This document shows positions 1 through 14,009 of a stretch of DNA of 64,000 bases, in pieces. The stretch is from Octopus vulgaris (lineage: Eukaryota). A program made the translations under genes and the position numbers. How positions within the stretch are numbered: the first letter of the stretch is position 1; each line of letters starts with the position of its first letter. Location: the NCBI GenBank assembly GCA_951406725.2, contig OX597818.1:97340001-97404000 (forward strand), written 5' to 3'. Under the pieces are notes generated by a model. It saw nothing but the letters and a program-made list of their open reading frames with translations, searched no databases and was not told the DNA's origin.

Positions 1-620
1 TGTCACACTCACCTGTCAAATATTATTAATCTCCATTCTACCCATTCCCTGATAAAACTCACACACCAAGTGATCTTGATCTGCTCCTCATCTTCAAATC
101 CAAGCTGGACTCTACAATTTTTGCCAGTTACACTGATCCACATGAGACAGCTGAGTGGTTGAAACCATCTTTCTAGACAGGTATCTTCATATTCAAAGCC
201 CATAAATCTCATGTGGTTTATGCAGTTATGCAGTGTTCTATTCTCATACTACTGCAATAGTATAAGCATAGAACACCATATAAGCATACAACACCTGGAG
301 AAGTCCTTCACCACACTAACTGCAAGGTTGCCATCAGAAAGGCAAAGGTTCCCTTGGTCATAGCCTGCAATTTTTCCCAACTACCAAGTTGCTGCAGCGC
401 CTTTCAATTCTTTGCCAAGATAGTCTCTATCAACAGTTTGGAATTATCCTGTCTCTACTTAACAATCAAGATGGTTCTATTTGCAGCACTTCCACTGAAA
501 TTTCATACTTTTTCTGCAAACATTGATCTGCAATATTCGTGCTTAACCTTTACTGGCACCGTCTTGGTAGGGCTTGCAAGAATCCCCAACACTGTCCATC
601 CTCCATTGACTCTCTTACAT
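1..620 (-). mobile_element. Highly degraded LINE (RTE-like) remnant
   Basis: Minus-strand fragments resemble the post-RT region of RTE elements (CLERW...LMWISV), with many stops and frameshifts. Confidence 0.35.
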
Positions 621-1629
621 AAAACAAAATAACACTATTATACTTCTTGTCTGTAATGTATATATCTCCTTTTAGTATAGAAATATCAACATTTTACTAG
701 CAACAGACAAAATGTGAGTTTCTTTATAAAATTGCTAAGATACATTGTTATTGTTAAAATGTTTATATTTTAGCTTGGTTGCTATTATTTTTATATTTTT
801 TTTTATTGATTTGCTAAATCATATGTTTCACAATCCTTTTGGATTGGCTTTTCATCTATTATGGCTTGACGAATAAGATAAAAACTGTGTTGCAACTTTT
901 ATGCTACTTTCTGTCCGGTTATGCATAAATGTCAGTGTATATATTTTTGTGTAGAGATAGTCAAAAGTATACACACTTCTGTTTTTCATCAGCAATATAT
1001 TTATTTCACAGAGCTTTCAGTTTCTAATGGAACTCTGATAAAATATATTTCAATTTTCCTGTCTGAGTCAATATTGTTATCTGCTGAGAGTTAACCATTT
1101 TGAATAAACATAGCAATAACATTTTAGAATTTTTCTTGGTTAATATTCTGGAGTTCAAATAAGATACAAGGTTTTTAGAATATCTTGTCTTTGTGGGTGA
1201 TTTAATGTCTGTCAGTATTATAACACATTTTTATAAGGTTATTGTTATCAAATTTTCTGTAATTAAAATGTAATATAAAATTTTTGTGTAACATTGGTTT
1301 AGAATCTGATAGGAGATTGACTGCTATTCCTTCTTTGGATGCATTTCATGTGTACAGTAAACTGTTTGTTACCACATGGTAGTTATTGATGTTCTGTGAG
1401 TGATAATTCCTATTGATAGTACAAACCTTATTCTTTGATCTGTAACGTGTTGCAAGTGTTGTAGCCAAGATCAATACTCTTCTGAAGTGTAGCCAGATGG
1501 GAAAGATATACAATAGCTATGTACGTAACATATATTTGCATGAATGTGAGTTTATATGTATGCAAGCATGTGTTTTCATGATGTAGGTCATTTTTTAGCT
1601 TTAACATCTCTCTTATTCTGTTTTAATAG

Positions 1630-1670
1630 GACATCTTGGAATTTACAGTATGCACTGTAAAACCAATGAG
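1630..1670 (+). other. Possible 41-nt 5'UTR exon of arfaptin
   Basis: Acceptor ctcttattctgttttaatag|G and donor GAG|GTAATT. The ATG exon at 11731 has its own acceptor, so upstream UTR exon(s) are expected. Support is splice signals only. Confidence 0.25.
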
Positions 1671-1899
1671 GTAATTTGATCTGTGCTGGCTACTTGTTCA
1701 GTGAAAGCACAAAATATGCACAGTTAAGAAGGCAGTCTGGAAAGAAATGTGTTTCCTTCCACACCACAGTGGAATTGTGGTTAACAGGGATTTATTTACT
1801 ATGTCATCATTCATTTTGTAGACAAAGCTGTCCTATCCAGTTGAACCATCTCTGTTTCTGGTTAGGTTAAACTTGATTTAAGGATTATCTGATTCATTT

Positions 1900-3400
1900 T
1901 GTCAATAAGACAGTATCATAGTTTTCTCAGACACCAGTTGTCAAATACTTTCAGATGATGAAGTTCCTTGATTAGAACCACATTTTACAGTTACAATGAA
2001 TGGAATATAGGGATCTTTGTGCAGAGCTTAATTTCCCTATAGGATCAAAGGACAAATTCCAATCTTATGATGGTAGTTCAAGCTACTATAATGTGCTTCT
2101 CAATTGTTTCTTGAAGTAACCTGTTGTTGGAGGAAGAAAGAGCCAAAGTAAACAACTCCTCCATTCGCTTTGAATGTTGTTAACTTTGGTCACCTCTAAA
2201 GTCAGCTCATAAGATGTTGATGTTGACTGCATTTAACTTTCAACCGACTTAGCTCAAAGCTTTCAAGAAGTCTTCCATCATGATTTTCAGGTCAATATTA
2301 GATGAGCTCAGAAGGGAAATGTTATTAAGTACAGACAAAATTTTAAAAATTTATTTATCACTAGCAGTATCGCCCGGCATTGCTTGGGTTTGTTTTGACC
2401 CTTTAGAATTGGAATTTTTGAAAAGTAAAAATTTCGCATTATGTAGCTTGTTATTCTCTTTAAGTGAACATTTTTCTGGTTGAAATACACCAAAAAATGG
2501 TGACACAGCATTCAAAAAATAGGGATTTTCATAGAAAGAAAGCACCTTTTTGATGTAAATAATTTTTGGTGTTAACCTGGTCTGATTTGAATTTTTTCTT
2601 CTACGGAAGGAAGAGCAAGCCTTCTTTTATCATACTCTCAATTTTGGTCAACTTGCACCACAGGGTCTTGGAGGAGATAGTGTTATTTGAAGGCTACCAA
2701 ACCTGCCTTACACGGACAACATCAGCTTTATATATATAGAGATAGCTTGAATCTTGTTGTACCAAAGAAGAACAGTGGATATCACCCAGTTAAACAGTTA
2801 GTTAAATAAAGTTGATGAAAGTGCACAACCCTGTTGAATACTATATTTTATTTGAAATGTATAATCCTCCTTACTGTTGTAGATTTTAGTGAGAGTGCTA
2901 AAATAGTCTATCTTTGCCAGACAGCAGTTTCAGTGACACATCATCTGCTTCTCATATTATTTCACTCTTTTTGATATTGTATTGAGTTGCCAGTTGTTTA
3001 TAATCACTATAGGCTGTTGGAATGTCAAGCTCCTTCAAATGATGATAAAATGTGCAGATTTGATCAACATGTGAGATGAAACTGAAAGCAGTGATAGCCA
3101 CGGATTAATCTTGTGGATGAAGCTGAGGTCTTTCAAGTAGCAAGGTGGTGGAACTGAAGACGAAGCTAAAGGAAGCAAACACTTTAATTGGAAAGGTGGG
3201 ATAATAAGGTATTATACTTCAAAGCAGCACAAAGAGTTAGTCATCCAGTATATTTAACAAAGAAACAAAGAATGGAAGTTTGCCAAATATCCTGTTCATA
3301 TAAATTCTTGAGGCTAACATAAAAGTGTTCAGGACTAAGATTTTTTTGTCTAAATTTCATTGACATTTCAGAATGAAATCAGTTGAATATGTAATTGAAT
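1900..3400 (-). mobile_element. Degraded LINE reverse-transcriptase remnant, interrupted by a Helitron
   Basis: Minus strand near 2800-2860 reads FQIKYSIQQGCALSSTLFN, matching the non-LTR RT motif G..QGC.LSP.LFN. Boundaries approximate. Confidence 0.5.
2361..2742 (-). mobile_element. Non-autonomous Helitron
   Basis: On the minus strand it starts 5'-TCTCTATATATA and ends ...CCCAAGCAATGCCGGGCGATACTGCTAG-3' (subterminal hairpin plus CTAG). Inserted between A and T with no TSD. Near-identical copy at 37079-37469. Confidence 0.85.
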
Positions 3401-6400
3401 AGGGAAGGTATGTGTTATCTATATGGCATATATTAATTGCAGATAGCTGAGTCACTAGCCTATTGGTGGCTTGTATACCATAAAATTATTGTTTTATTTG
3501 TGTTTTAGAATCTTTGTTCTCAGTGGCCCTATACATAGCTCAATAAAATTACAGCACATTTGTTTCTGTTAGTGTGGATAAAAGAAGTGTTGAGTCTTAT
3601 AGAACTCAATTGTATATCTAATCATACTGTAACAGTAACCATATTCTCTAGCCTATACATGAAGATAGAAGAGGTCTCATTTGCTTATGTAGTCTTCATT
3701 CAGGTCTTCAGTCTTCTGTCTATGCTGTTTTCCAGCTATATAACTTTATTCATCTATAGATACAATATATTTATAGATAGGTAGGCAAATTAGCATTAAG
3801 TAAATACTGCTCTGGTGGGTTATGCTGTATGTTACTGAAAATTGACAAGTTTCATATTATTGGGTTGTAAAATGGGTACATTTTTTATGGACCCATTGTT
3901 GTTATTGAATTTGGTTCTAATAGATATATTACAAAAATCAACAGTGTAGTGCTCTTGTAACTGAAAATAGTGAATGGGTGTGTTTGGTCTGCTGTTTACC
4001 AAGATGTAAGTTGTATATGAAGAATGAAGGGTTAGTTAATTCATGAAAATTATTACCAGATGTATCTAAATTGTGTACTTTGCATCTTTTGGATAGTTTT
4101 AAAGGCAACATGAATTAACAGAAAATATAAATAGACATTTTTTTGAGGGTTGTAGCTGGGTGTATGAGACAAAATAGAAAGACAAATGTATGTTATTGAC
4201 ACATTTAAGACTCATTCAGTAGATTAGTTAAGCATAATAATTCTCTCCATTCTGTTGGTGAAATTTCCCAAGCTAATTCTTAAGATATTTTCTAGATGTA
4301 TAGATGGATGATTACATTTCATCATCATCATCATTTAACATTTATCTTTAATACTAGCAATAGGTTAGATGGTTTGACAGGATCTGATGAGCTGAAGGAC
4401 TGCATCAAATTTCATTGTTTGCTTTGGTATGATTTCTATGGCTGGATGCCCTCTCTAACTCAAACTACTTTACAGAGTGTACTGGGTGTCTTTTGGTACA
4501 CCAACCCTAGTAAGGTTGCCAAATAACTTGCAAGACAATGCAAAAAGGCCTTAACTGAGTGTGGGTGTATTATTGAAAGAGGTGGCTTTATTCTTGTGTT
4601 GAGAGTGCTTTGCTACAGAGGAGGTGCATGGTCACACCAGATTATATAAGGGTAAGTGGGAGTAGCTGAAAAAGAGATAAAGATGGTGGTGATGAGTTGT
4701 TAGGACAGGCTCTCAAGGTACAAGAAGGTGAGTATATGAGAGAATACGGACAGTGACTCAGATGATTACATACTGCTTTTAAAATTAAAACAAGCAAAAA
4801 TGATCCAATTGTCAGCTATTTAAATTTAGAAACAGTTTCAGATTAGGATGACATTTCAGGATGTAGGTAACAATAAATAACAAGATTTCTCTTACGTCAA
4901 AATGCAAGGTTGGTTTTGTTTGTAATTGATTGTTATGACTGCAATAGCTTGCTGATACTTCTGTTATTACTGCTGTATGAAAGGTGAATAAATTAGTTCA
5001 GACATGATTTGTACTCTGAGGCTAGATGCTCTAATTAATCTAGTCATGTTTGCTACTGTTTGTGTTACTACTTTTAAAGGTAAAATATGCATGATGAAAT
5101 ATTAGTTTTTACTGAAGCCCTCCCCATAGTACACTATGGTAAATTAACCATGTAGAACCCTATCTATTCAAGCTATGGTAGGATTTAAATTAAAAGTTGT
5201 CATCTAGTGTATCATCCATCAATTACATTTGTTGTTACTGCTTACGACAATGAGAATTACCTCTGCATTTCCTAGACAGGAGAACTGGGTGTGTGTCTTG
5301 ACTGTTGCCATTTTGAATTACTTACAAATTTACTCAGCCCTGTATCTCTAATGGTAATCCTCTTTTCTGTTTTTTTTGACATATGTCTTTTTCATGCTGG
5401 TATGGGTTGGTTAGTTCTGTCAGTCTTCATCGTGTACGACAGGCCTTGATTTTTAACATGGATTTACTTCTGGATGCTTTTCCCATAGTCAACTATTTTA
5501 CCGCATGGACTAGGTGCATTTTATCATGATACCTGTACAAGAGATGCTGTCTGTAGGTGTAAAGTGTCTCCTCTACACTGTATCAGTTTTTTATTTAGAG
5601 TTATAAGTGCAGATTTAGCTGTGTGGTCAAAAAGCTTGCATCTTAACCATTTAGTTTCAGGCTCAGTCCCACTATGTGACACCTTGGGCAAGTGTCTTCT
5701 ACTATAGCTTCAGAATTACCAATGCTTCTTGAGTGAATTTGGTATCCTGGTAATGTAATGGTTCAGCAAAAGAGAATGATAGCATAAGTATCAGACTTTA
5801 AGAAAATAAGTACAGGTGTCGATTGTTCCAGCAAGGTCGCAGTCCTGTCACTGAAGCAAGTAAAAGATGAAGGGTGTGTGTGTGTGTGTGTTTGCATGTA
5901 CCCTTGTCTTGACATAATGCAATGATTGAAAAATGAGTATCACCATCATCCAAATGATGTCGTTCATTGCTAGTCTTCCATGAAAAACATATGTGACCAA
6001 AGGGGACTATTGCCTTGATTGGAAATAGAATATTGATTGGTGGTAAGGATACAGAAAACCTATCTGAACAAATTTTATCTGATCTATGAAAGCATGAGAA
6101 TGTAAATGTTAATTGATGATGATTACTGCTCTCCTAAACAAGTAGCTTTCATTGTATTTTGTGGAGTGTATATCTCTTCCATTTCTTTTTTCCATTTTTG
6201 ACATAAAAATATTTAAACAAAAGCTAGAAAAACAATGTAGAGTAGTTACTAAGTATTACATTTTTTTTTTTTTTTTTGGTTGGCAGCACCAACAGACTAT
6301 ATAGCACTCAATAATTTTCCTTTAGGCTATCTAAGTATTCATTTTTATCTTATCAATGTTCTTAGCTCATTACTTGTTGATAAAAGGAGAGGCTTCAGGT

Positions 6401-6664
6401 AACCCATGAAGTATGGTTTACAGCATCCTGGAAGAAAAGCTGTTTTGTTCCTTTGAGAATTTCTCAAACATACCAACAGTTTCTTTGCTTTGAATAGGGT
6501 AATGGTTTTGACTTTTGTGAAGGAGCAGTTGGTTACTTTTTGAAAAAAATTTCTCGAAATTATTTGAATGTTTTGATGAATAAGGCCAATAAACAATATA
6601 ACTCCTTGTTACAATTTTTGCTGAAGCAAATGAAATATTCTTCTTTAATGGTCTGTATAGATTA

Positions 6665-6707
<43 letters not shown>

Positions 6708-7660
6708 GAGATAGAGTTAGAGAGACAGACAGAGTGGATAGATCAATTTTTGTAGTCTTCTGCAGGTTAGCTATATACACTGTGCAAGTATATCTGTCTT
6801 CCAGTTGGTGATTGTTTTTCTAGGCTGTTCTGAAAAAACCCTAGTTTCTAATGATATAAATAGATGAAAACTGCTAAATTGGTTCAGCATGTGGTTATTT
6901 CTAGCATGTAGTTTGTTTTATTTGTTGTTTCTTTCATTCTTTATAAAGCAAATTGGTCTGGTTTTAGCTGGGTTTACAGACCTAATTTCCAAGTACAATG
7001 AGAAAAAAAAAAATACAATTTCATGTGTGTCTAATTATTTTTAAAAAACTACTTGACATGCATTAATTCAAGCTAACTTGTGGAGATGACTTTTGCCAAT
7101 ATAGATATTACTGTATGAAATATTCTCTACCATTAATCAGTAAATCGGTGAGGTGCCTATTTTCAGCTAGACTGACTTAGGAAGTTGTCATATGCCATCT
7201 TTAGCTGTATAACACAATCTACTTAGTGTAGCAAAGTTTGAAACAAAGACCAGTGGTTTGTATTCGAGTCCTTTATAATTTCAGTAATTTTGCTGGCTTG
7301 TAAAAGAAAAAATACAATTATTAGCTGGCAGCTTCAGTATTTTTTCTAGCTCATTGTTTTGAGTTCAAATTCTATTGAGGTCAGCTTTGCCTTCTGTTCT
7401 CTAAGATTGATGAAATAAAGTACCAGTCAAATACTGGAGTTGATGACCTCCTCCCCTCAAAATTGCTGGCCTTGTGCCTATGTTAGAAACAATTTCATTC
7501 TCCCTTTTAACTTGTTTTTGAATCATTGTAATCTACACTCCTATTTTTCTATCAAATCCTCCTATCTAAAAATACAATATGTTTGCATTAAAAAAATTCA
7601 TAATGTATATTAGGACTTGATGAAATTAATTTCATACAAATGTATGCCATTAAAAAATTT

Positions 7661-8055
7661 TCTTTTCTACTCTAAGCACAAGGCTCAAAATTTTGTGGGG
7701 AGGGGGCCAGTTGATTAGATCGACTCCAGTATGCAACTGGTACTTAATTTATCGAACCTGAAAGGATGAAAGGCAAAGTTGACCTCAGTAGAATTTGAAC
7801 TCAATGTAACGACAGATGAAATACCTATTTCTTTATTACCCACAAGGGGCTAAACACAGAGAGGACAAACAAGGACAGACAAATGGATTAAGTCAATTAC
7901 ATTGACCCCAGTGTGTAACTGGTACTTAATTTATCGACCCTGAAAGGATGAAAGGCAAAGTCGACCTCAGCGGAATTTGAACTCAGAATGTAACAGCAGA
8001 CGAAATATGGCTACACATTTCGCCCGGCATGCTAACGTCTCTGCCAGCTCGCCTT
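7661..8055 (-). mobile_element. SINE family B, internally duplicated (dimer-like) copy
   Basis: Block aactggtacttaatttatcga(c)cctgaaaggatgaaaggcaaagt(c)gacctcag...atttgaactca occurs twice. Other copies at about 9233-9438, 10655-10845, 16410-16605, 25692-25905(+), 36220-36425 and 53437-53652. Confidence 0.8.
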
Positions 8056-11000
8056 CCATTAAAAAATATTAGTGCAGGAATAAGTAACTGTTCACTTGCA
8101 TTTATAAAGTGATGTAATCAACATAATTCAAACTCTAGTATCATATTTTTTGACCTGGCTTTTCATTTTAGACTGCATAGACATCATAAAAAGAGACAAT
8201 TTGAAGAATTTTTGATCCTTTCATTCTAAAAAGTACTTCAGTTTCTTGTATCCTTTAGTGTATGTAGAAATTACGAACTACTTTGTATGTTATTTCTGGA
8301 ATGCGTAATACTAAATAGGTGAATCTGAAACAATGAAGAACAAAGAACAGTGAACATCCGATTGTTTTGAGCTACTATTTTATGATTGCTGTTGACCTGA
8401 GGCTCAACAAGAAGAATGAATAAATAATACTGTATTATTTTTATTGAGCTATCTATTTTATTTATTTGCTGTTTGTTGCATTGCTTTGCTTAAAGCTGAA
8501 ATCTATCCGAGAGAAAGCACATATTTGAATATTAATTTTTTCACTGTTTAAATGTTGCTGGTCAGAAATTGAGACTGTTGTAGATCTACTTGTGACATTA
8601 AAAATCTCTTAGTTACTCTAAGGAGGTTAATTAAAGTGAAATAATTTGACAATTTTTTTGCTGACTGTTTGCTTGAAAGCTGGTTTAAAAAATATTCTTT
8701 AACGTTTTTGGTAAATAGTTAGCTTTTCTTATTGCTTCCAGTAATCTATTGGTTTTGATCAATTGCTTAATTATTTATAGAAGTTAAACAGTATTATTAA
8801 TAATGATAGAAAAAAAAAAAGGCTATAGAAACAATTATTTGCATTTTACCATATATGTCCCAAACTAAGAACAAGTACACCGCTTCCCCATGTGTCATAA
8901 GATGTGATGAAATGGATTGGCAACAGAAAGAGTTTCTGATTATAAAACAGTTTCAGAAAAATGGCCCATCTCATTTAAAAATGGAAAAGTGAATGTTGCT
9001 TCTGCTGTTGATGATACAATTATTTGCTGTGATAAGAATAGTTAATGAATTTTATTAAAATAATCAACAACAAAATAAGCATTCACTATGGAATACTGGA
9101 AACATAAGATTAGATTAAGTCCCACTGCATACTTTGTATAAGGGTTTATTTTTGATTGCTAGTATCAGTATTTCCAGGTTGGGCCTATATATTCTTCATT
9201 TAACTTACATGCTAGTTTAAATTTATATTGGTTTTAAATTTTAGCACAAGGCTAGCAATTTTAGAGGAAGGGTTAAGTCAATTGTATCAACTGACTTAAT
9301 ACTCAACTGGTACTTATTTTATCAACCCTGAAAGGCAAAGTTGATCTTGGAAGCATTTGAACTCAGGACTTAAAAACAAATGAAATACTGCTAAGCATTT
9401 TGCCTGGCATATTAGTGATTCTGCCAACTTGCCACCTTAGTTTCAATTTATATTCAGTCCACACTGCAAAATGGTTGGCATTTGGAAAGGCATCCAGCTG
9501 TAAAAAGCATGTCATAACCAACCCCATCTGTGCTCATGCCATGTAAAAAACACTCAGCCCACTCTGTAGAGTGATTGGTGTTAGGAAGGGCATCCAGCTG
9601 TAAAAAACAATGCCAAAACAAACAGATGTATGGTGCAGGCTTCTGCTTAGCCAGCTCCTGTCAAACTGTCCAACCTATGCCAGCATGGAAGGAGGGCATT
9701 AAACAATGATAATGATAGCATTTACTTTTCCATGCTTTCATAGGTTAGACAGAATTCACTAAGGTAGATTTTCTATGGCTGGGTGCCCTTCCTGTTACAA
9801 TTTCTTCCCTGTTTCTAAGCAAGGTAATATTTCCCCATGGCCAGACATGCTTCCATAGAAGGTTGGAAGCAAACTATACTGTTTCTGCAACAGTAATGCT
9901 TATTTACAACCCTCATACAATGTCATGACAAGGTGACACAGGCACACACATATATGACGGGCTTCATTGAGTTTCCATCTACCACATCCACTCAGGAGAG
10001 TTTGGTTGGTGTGGAACTATACTAGACACTTGCTCAAGTTGTCATGTCATTGATAAACAAACTCCTTGACCACATAACCATGTCTACTCTGACTAGTAAA
10101 TATTAATTTCATGCATAAGGAACAAAACCTCAGATTTAGAAAATTCAGATTGTCTGTTATATTGATGTCAGTATAAACCTCATATTATATTTTGTCTTCA
10201 TTAATGAAAGCCATTCAGCTTGGAGTTGAGTTCAGAACATAAAAGGGTCTTAATCAAACCTATCCACAGCTTATTTTACCCTATGCTCTGAAGTAAATAT
10301 TAATGATTTTATTTTTTTTAAAATCCACTTTTATCATTCTAATTATTGCCTTGACCTCATTGAAAACTATAGTAGATGTTTTAAGTTTCATATTATTCAT
10401 TATCTCATCAAAGCTTAATGTACTATTGTTACATATCCTTAATTTTTATTTGTTAACTATCAAAATACTACAGTAATTCCCTACATGGACTTAACTAATT
10501 TTTTTATATGAAGAAAACACTTCTCTTGTGGCTAGAATCATACACACATGTAATCAGCTTTAGATATTTTTCTTTGTTGTGATTTTTAAAACTGTTAAGA
10601 ATTACATTTTTTCAACAAGCAATTGAAAGAAAATTTTGGCAGACTAATATTAATTACAAATTTTGGTACAAAGTCAGCAATTTCAGTCAATTAGATTGAC
10701 CCCAGTTTTCAACTGGTGCTTATTTTATCAACGCTGAAAGGATAACAGGCAAAATCGACTTCAGTGGAATTTGAACTCAGAACATGAAGACAGACAAAAT
10801 GCCACCAAGCATTTTGCTTGGCATGCTAATAATTCTGCGAGTTTGTTGCTTTTAAGCAGACTAATATTAACAATGTAATTATTGAGCTGTGATATTAATT
10901 TGTACATTAATGGAAGAATATTGGTCTCATCAGGTGATTCCAAATTTGTAACATTTTTTAAAATAGAACCTCTCTTCTGTGTGTGAAGTGTATCATCAGC

Positions 11001-11735
11001 TTTCTGTATATTAATTCACATGAATGAGATGTCAACAGTGTTAATTACCCAAGTACATTTTTGATGATGTTGTTCTGTAATGAGTGATTAATTATTTGTT
11101 AAACTTTTCTCACACACCTGGTTGGTATTTCATAAGACTCCAGTTTATTTTCAACTTTTGAGATCTTGTTCTACAGAGATCTATATTTTTAACTGATTAT
11201 TTTTACTTATTTTGGTTTTCAAATGCAATTACCTAAAATTGGCTCATTAGTTGATTGATTAACTAATAAGTTAAGGGATATCAGTTGTTCAGTTGTTTTT
11301 GTAGTATCACATATATTAGTTACAAGTCTTTTTTTAAAATGCCTGGTAAAAGATTCAATGATGTTAAAGTTTGGCTTTTAGTAGACTTCAGTGATGAATT
11401 AAAATATTACAAATCAGTAATTTTTTTTAAAGACAGAACAAGAGAATGCATTCGAAACACTGTCATGTTTCTCTTACATTATATTCAGTGACTACCAATT
11501 ATAGTGTATGTTATCAGATATGATTATAAGAACTTAGAAGTATTGATGGAGTTAGGACTATTAATATTTTAAACTATGAAAAATAAGTAACTTTTACGGA
11601 AAACCATAAAAAATAAAATAAAAATGATTTGAACATAGTTGTGGCTTTCATAACATATGCATGCACACATACACACACACACACATTCATCAGTTTTAAA
11701 ATGTGTCAAATTTGATTTTCTTTATTTTAGAAGCC

Positions 11736-11973
11736 ATGTCAGCTGAAACCCCCCAACGTGCTGTTTCTAATGGTGCACCGGACAATGAGGAGGACACATT
11801 TGAGAAGGATTTGAATGAAATGCTTCAGGACGCTCCAAGTCTAAACGATAGTTGTTCAACTGTTCAGAGTGGCAGCCCACGGAAGATCGCTACGGCTGCT
11901 GCAGCACCTCCTACCACCTTTAATTCCAACCCTGCAGATTCTTCACACACTCGACCATACACTGGGCCACCAG
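11736..11973 (+). CDS. ARFIP: Arfaptin, first coding exon (disordered N-terminus MSAETPQRAV...TGPP)
   Basis: Acceptor ttttctttattttag|A at 11730/11731, Kozak-like GCCATGT at 11733-11739, donor CAG|GTGAG after 11973. It ends in phase 1, which matches the phase-1 acceptor of the AH-domain exon at 54286 (G|CC = Ala). Confidence 0.8.
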
Positions 11974-12554
11974 GTGAGGATGCTTCTTTCTCTCTATTTC
12001 TCATATATGTACCTGGCCGAAGAAAATCAAAACTATTTTTGGACAGGATTTGGATAGATTGCAAATGGTTTTGAGGCCTCTTTCTTCAAATATCCCTATC
12101 TTTCAAAATATGCTGAAACATTTTGTTGTTCAGATCATATGCTGAAAAATTTTATGATTTAAAAAAAATATTTGTTATGTGTGTGTATGCATGCGCACAT
12201 GTTGTTGAGCCCAAGGTCAGCCCTGATTGAGTAGACCTATGGCCAAGGGCTCATGCTATAAGCATCCTTATTTTTTTAGAGACTTGTGCTTCTTTTTAAA
12301 GGTAGCAGTGTATGATTTTATAAAAATTTGCCTACTATTTTTAGCAGTTGAATGACTATGGAGAGAAGCTCTCTCATTGGTTTGTATGTGTGAGGTTGTT
12401 TGTTGTTCATGTATGTTTTGCTAACAACTTTCATTTTGAACCTAACATATCATTTTAAAGTGTATTTCAATAGGGAAGGAATTGATTGCATTTATTAATA
12501 TCAAGTAATGTCTCTTTTCAATATACATTTAGTTCTATATTTAAGAGATGAGGA

Positions 12555-13422
12555 ATTATTTACATTTGACGGATATTTGTCCTCACCTTGTTTGTTGTTA
12601 ACATGACGTTTCTGCTGATTACCCTCCAGCCTTCATCAGCTGTCTTGGGGAAATTTCAAATCTAGGTTCTTATTCCTAAGGTATTTTTTGATGTTATTAT
12701 TATTATTCAGGTCACTATCGAACTCAGAATCTTGGGGTTAGTAGCCTGTGCTCTAAATCACTATGCCACATGCCCGTAGGCAATTATGGAGTTAATTTTA
12801 GGGATTATAAATCTAATATTTTCCTATCCTTCCTTAATACCGGTTCCCATATGCTACTCATATCTGCACTCGGTCTGCTTAGAAGGTTGTTGTGCCCTAG
12901 CATATGTGTTGCTTCTTTTAATTTTCATATTTTCCGGTGGTGTTCTCTGTCTATTATTTTAATTTCATCCCTCAGGGGAAGGTGGTCTCCATTTTTCCAT
13001 TCATTATCAGTTATACCTGATTTATCAATATCTCATGTCACAGCTTTGCAATGTTCGTCTACCCTTATTTTGAGGGGGCAGCATGTTTCACCTTTGATAA
13101 CCTACCACAGCTGCATGGGACGGAGTACGTGTAGTCTTTGGTCATATTCTCTTCTATTGGTCGTTTTACTCGAAGGAGATATTTGCAAAGTGTTGTATTG
13201 CTTTTGAATACTGTCCTGATGTCATATGGACTGCATATCTTTTGTATCTTTTCAGTGAGGCCTTTCACATAGAGTAGACAGACTGTGGAGAGTTTATTGG
13301 TTTCATCCTCTCTTTTCTTCATAATTGGAGTGGATAGTATGTTTTTGGGGTAGTTGTGTTTGTAGAAATGTTGTGCTAACAACAAACAAGACTAGGACAA
13401 ATATCCATCAAATGTAAATAAT
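12555..13422 (-). mobile_element. Penelope-like retroelement remnant with GIY-YIG fragment, inverted terminal repeats and hammerhead-like motif
   Basis: ORF 13065-13385(-) LLYVKGLTEKIQKICSPYDIRTVFKSNTTL...YSVPCSCGR matches the Penelope linker/GIY-YIG start (LPYV.G.SE.I...VY.IPC.CG). Ends 12555-12603 and about 13374-13422 are inverted copies. CTGATGA...GAAACGTC lies on the minus strand at 12639-12605. Confidence 0.8.
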
Positions 13423-13959
13423 GTAAATATTGTAATATACATTTCTTATACAAATGAAGCTGTTTTAATTTAGAGCTGTTAAGGAGAACATATAAGTGGG
13501 TTCACTGGCTGAATCTCACCAGCAATTGCTTTAATTGCTTGATTAAAAGGATTTTAACAAGTGACAGGCTGGATTAAAGGACTGCTAATATAATATGGTG
13601 ATTAGTGGGTGATTATAAAGGAGCAGTTAGGAGATCAGCTATAAAACACTGCCTTAGAAAAACCTGTTCAACAATGATGATGGTGATAATGGCATTTACT
13701 TTATTTAATGTGGTTATTTTGTATGATGTTGATAGGTACTTTTTTCTCTTGATATGCATTCATATATACAGAGAGAGGCAGTGAGGAAGAGAAAGAAAGA
13801 TAGAGGGAGTGTAGGTATGTCTGTGTGGCTAAGAAGTTCGTTTTGCAACCTTATGGTGCCAAGTTCATTCCCACTACATGGCATCATGGTCAAGTGTTTT
13901 CTACTATAGTCTTGCATGAATGGAATTTGGGAGACAAAAACTGTTCAGAAGCCTGTTGC

Positions 13960-14009
<50 letters not shown>

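Noticed and set aside
11974-12074. Extension of the ORF 11703-12074 beyond the donor
   Set aside because: Read-through into intron after a canonical CAG|GTGAG donor; composition changes to intron-like.
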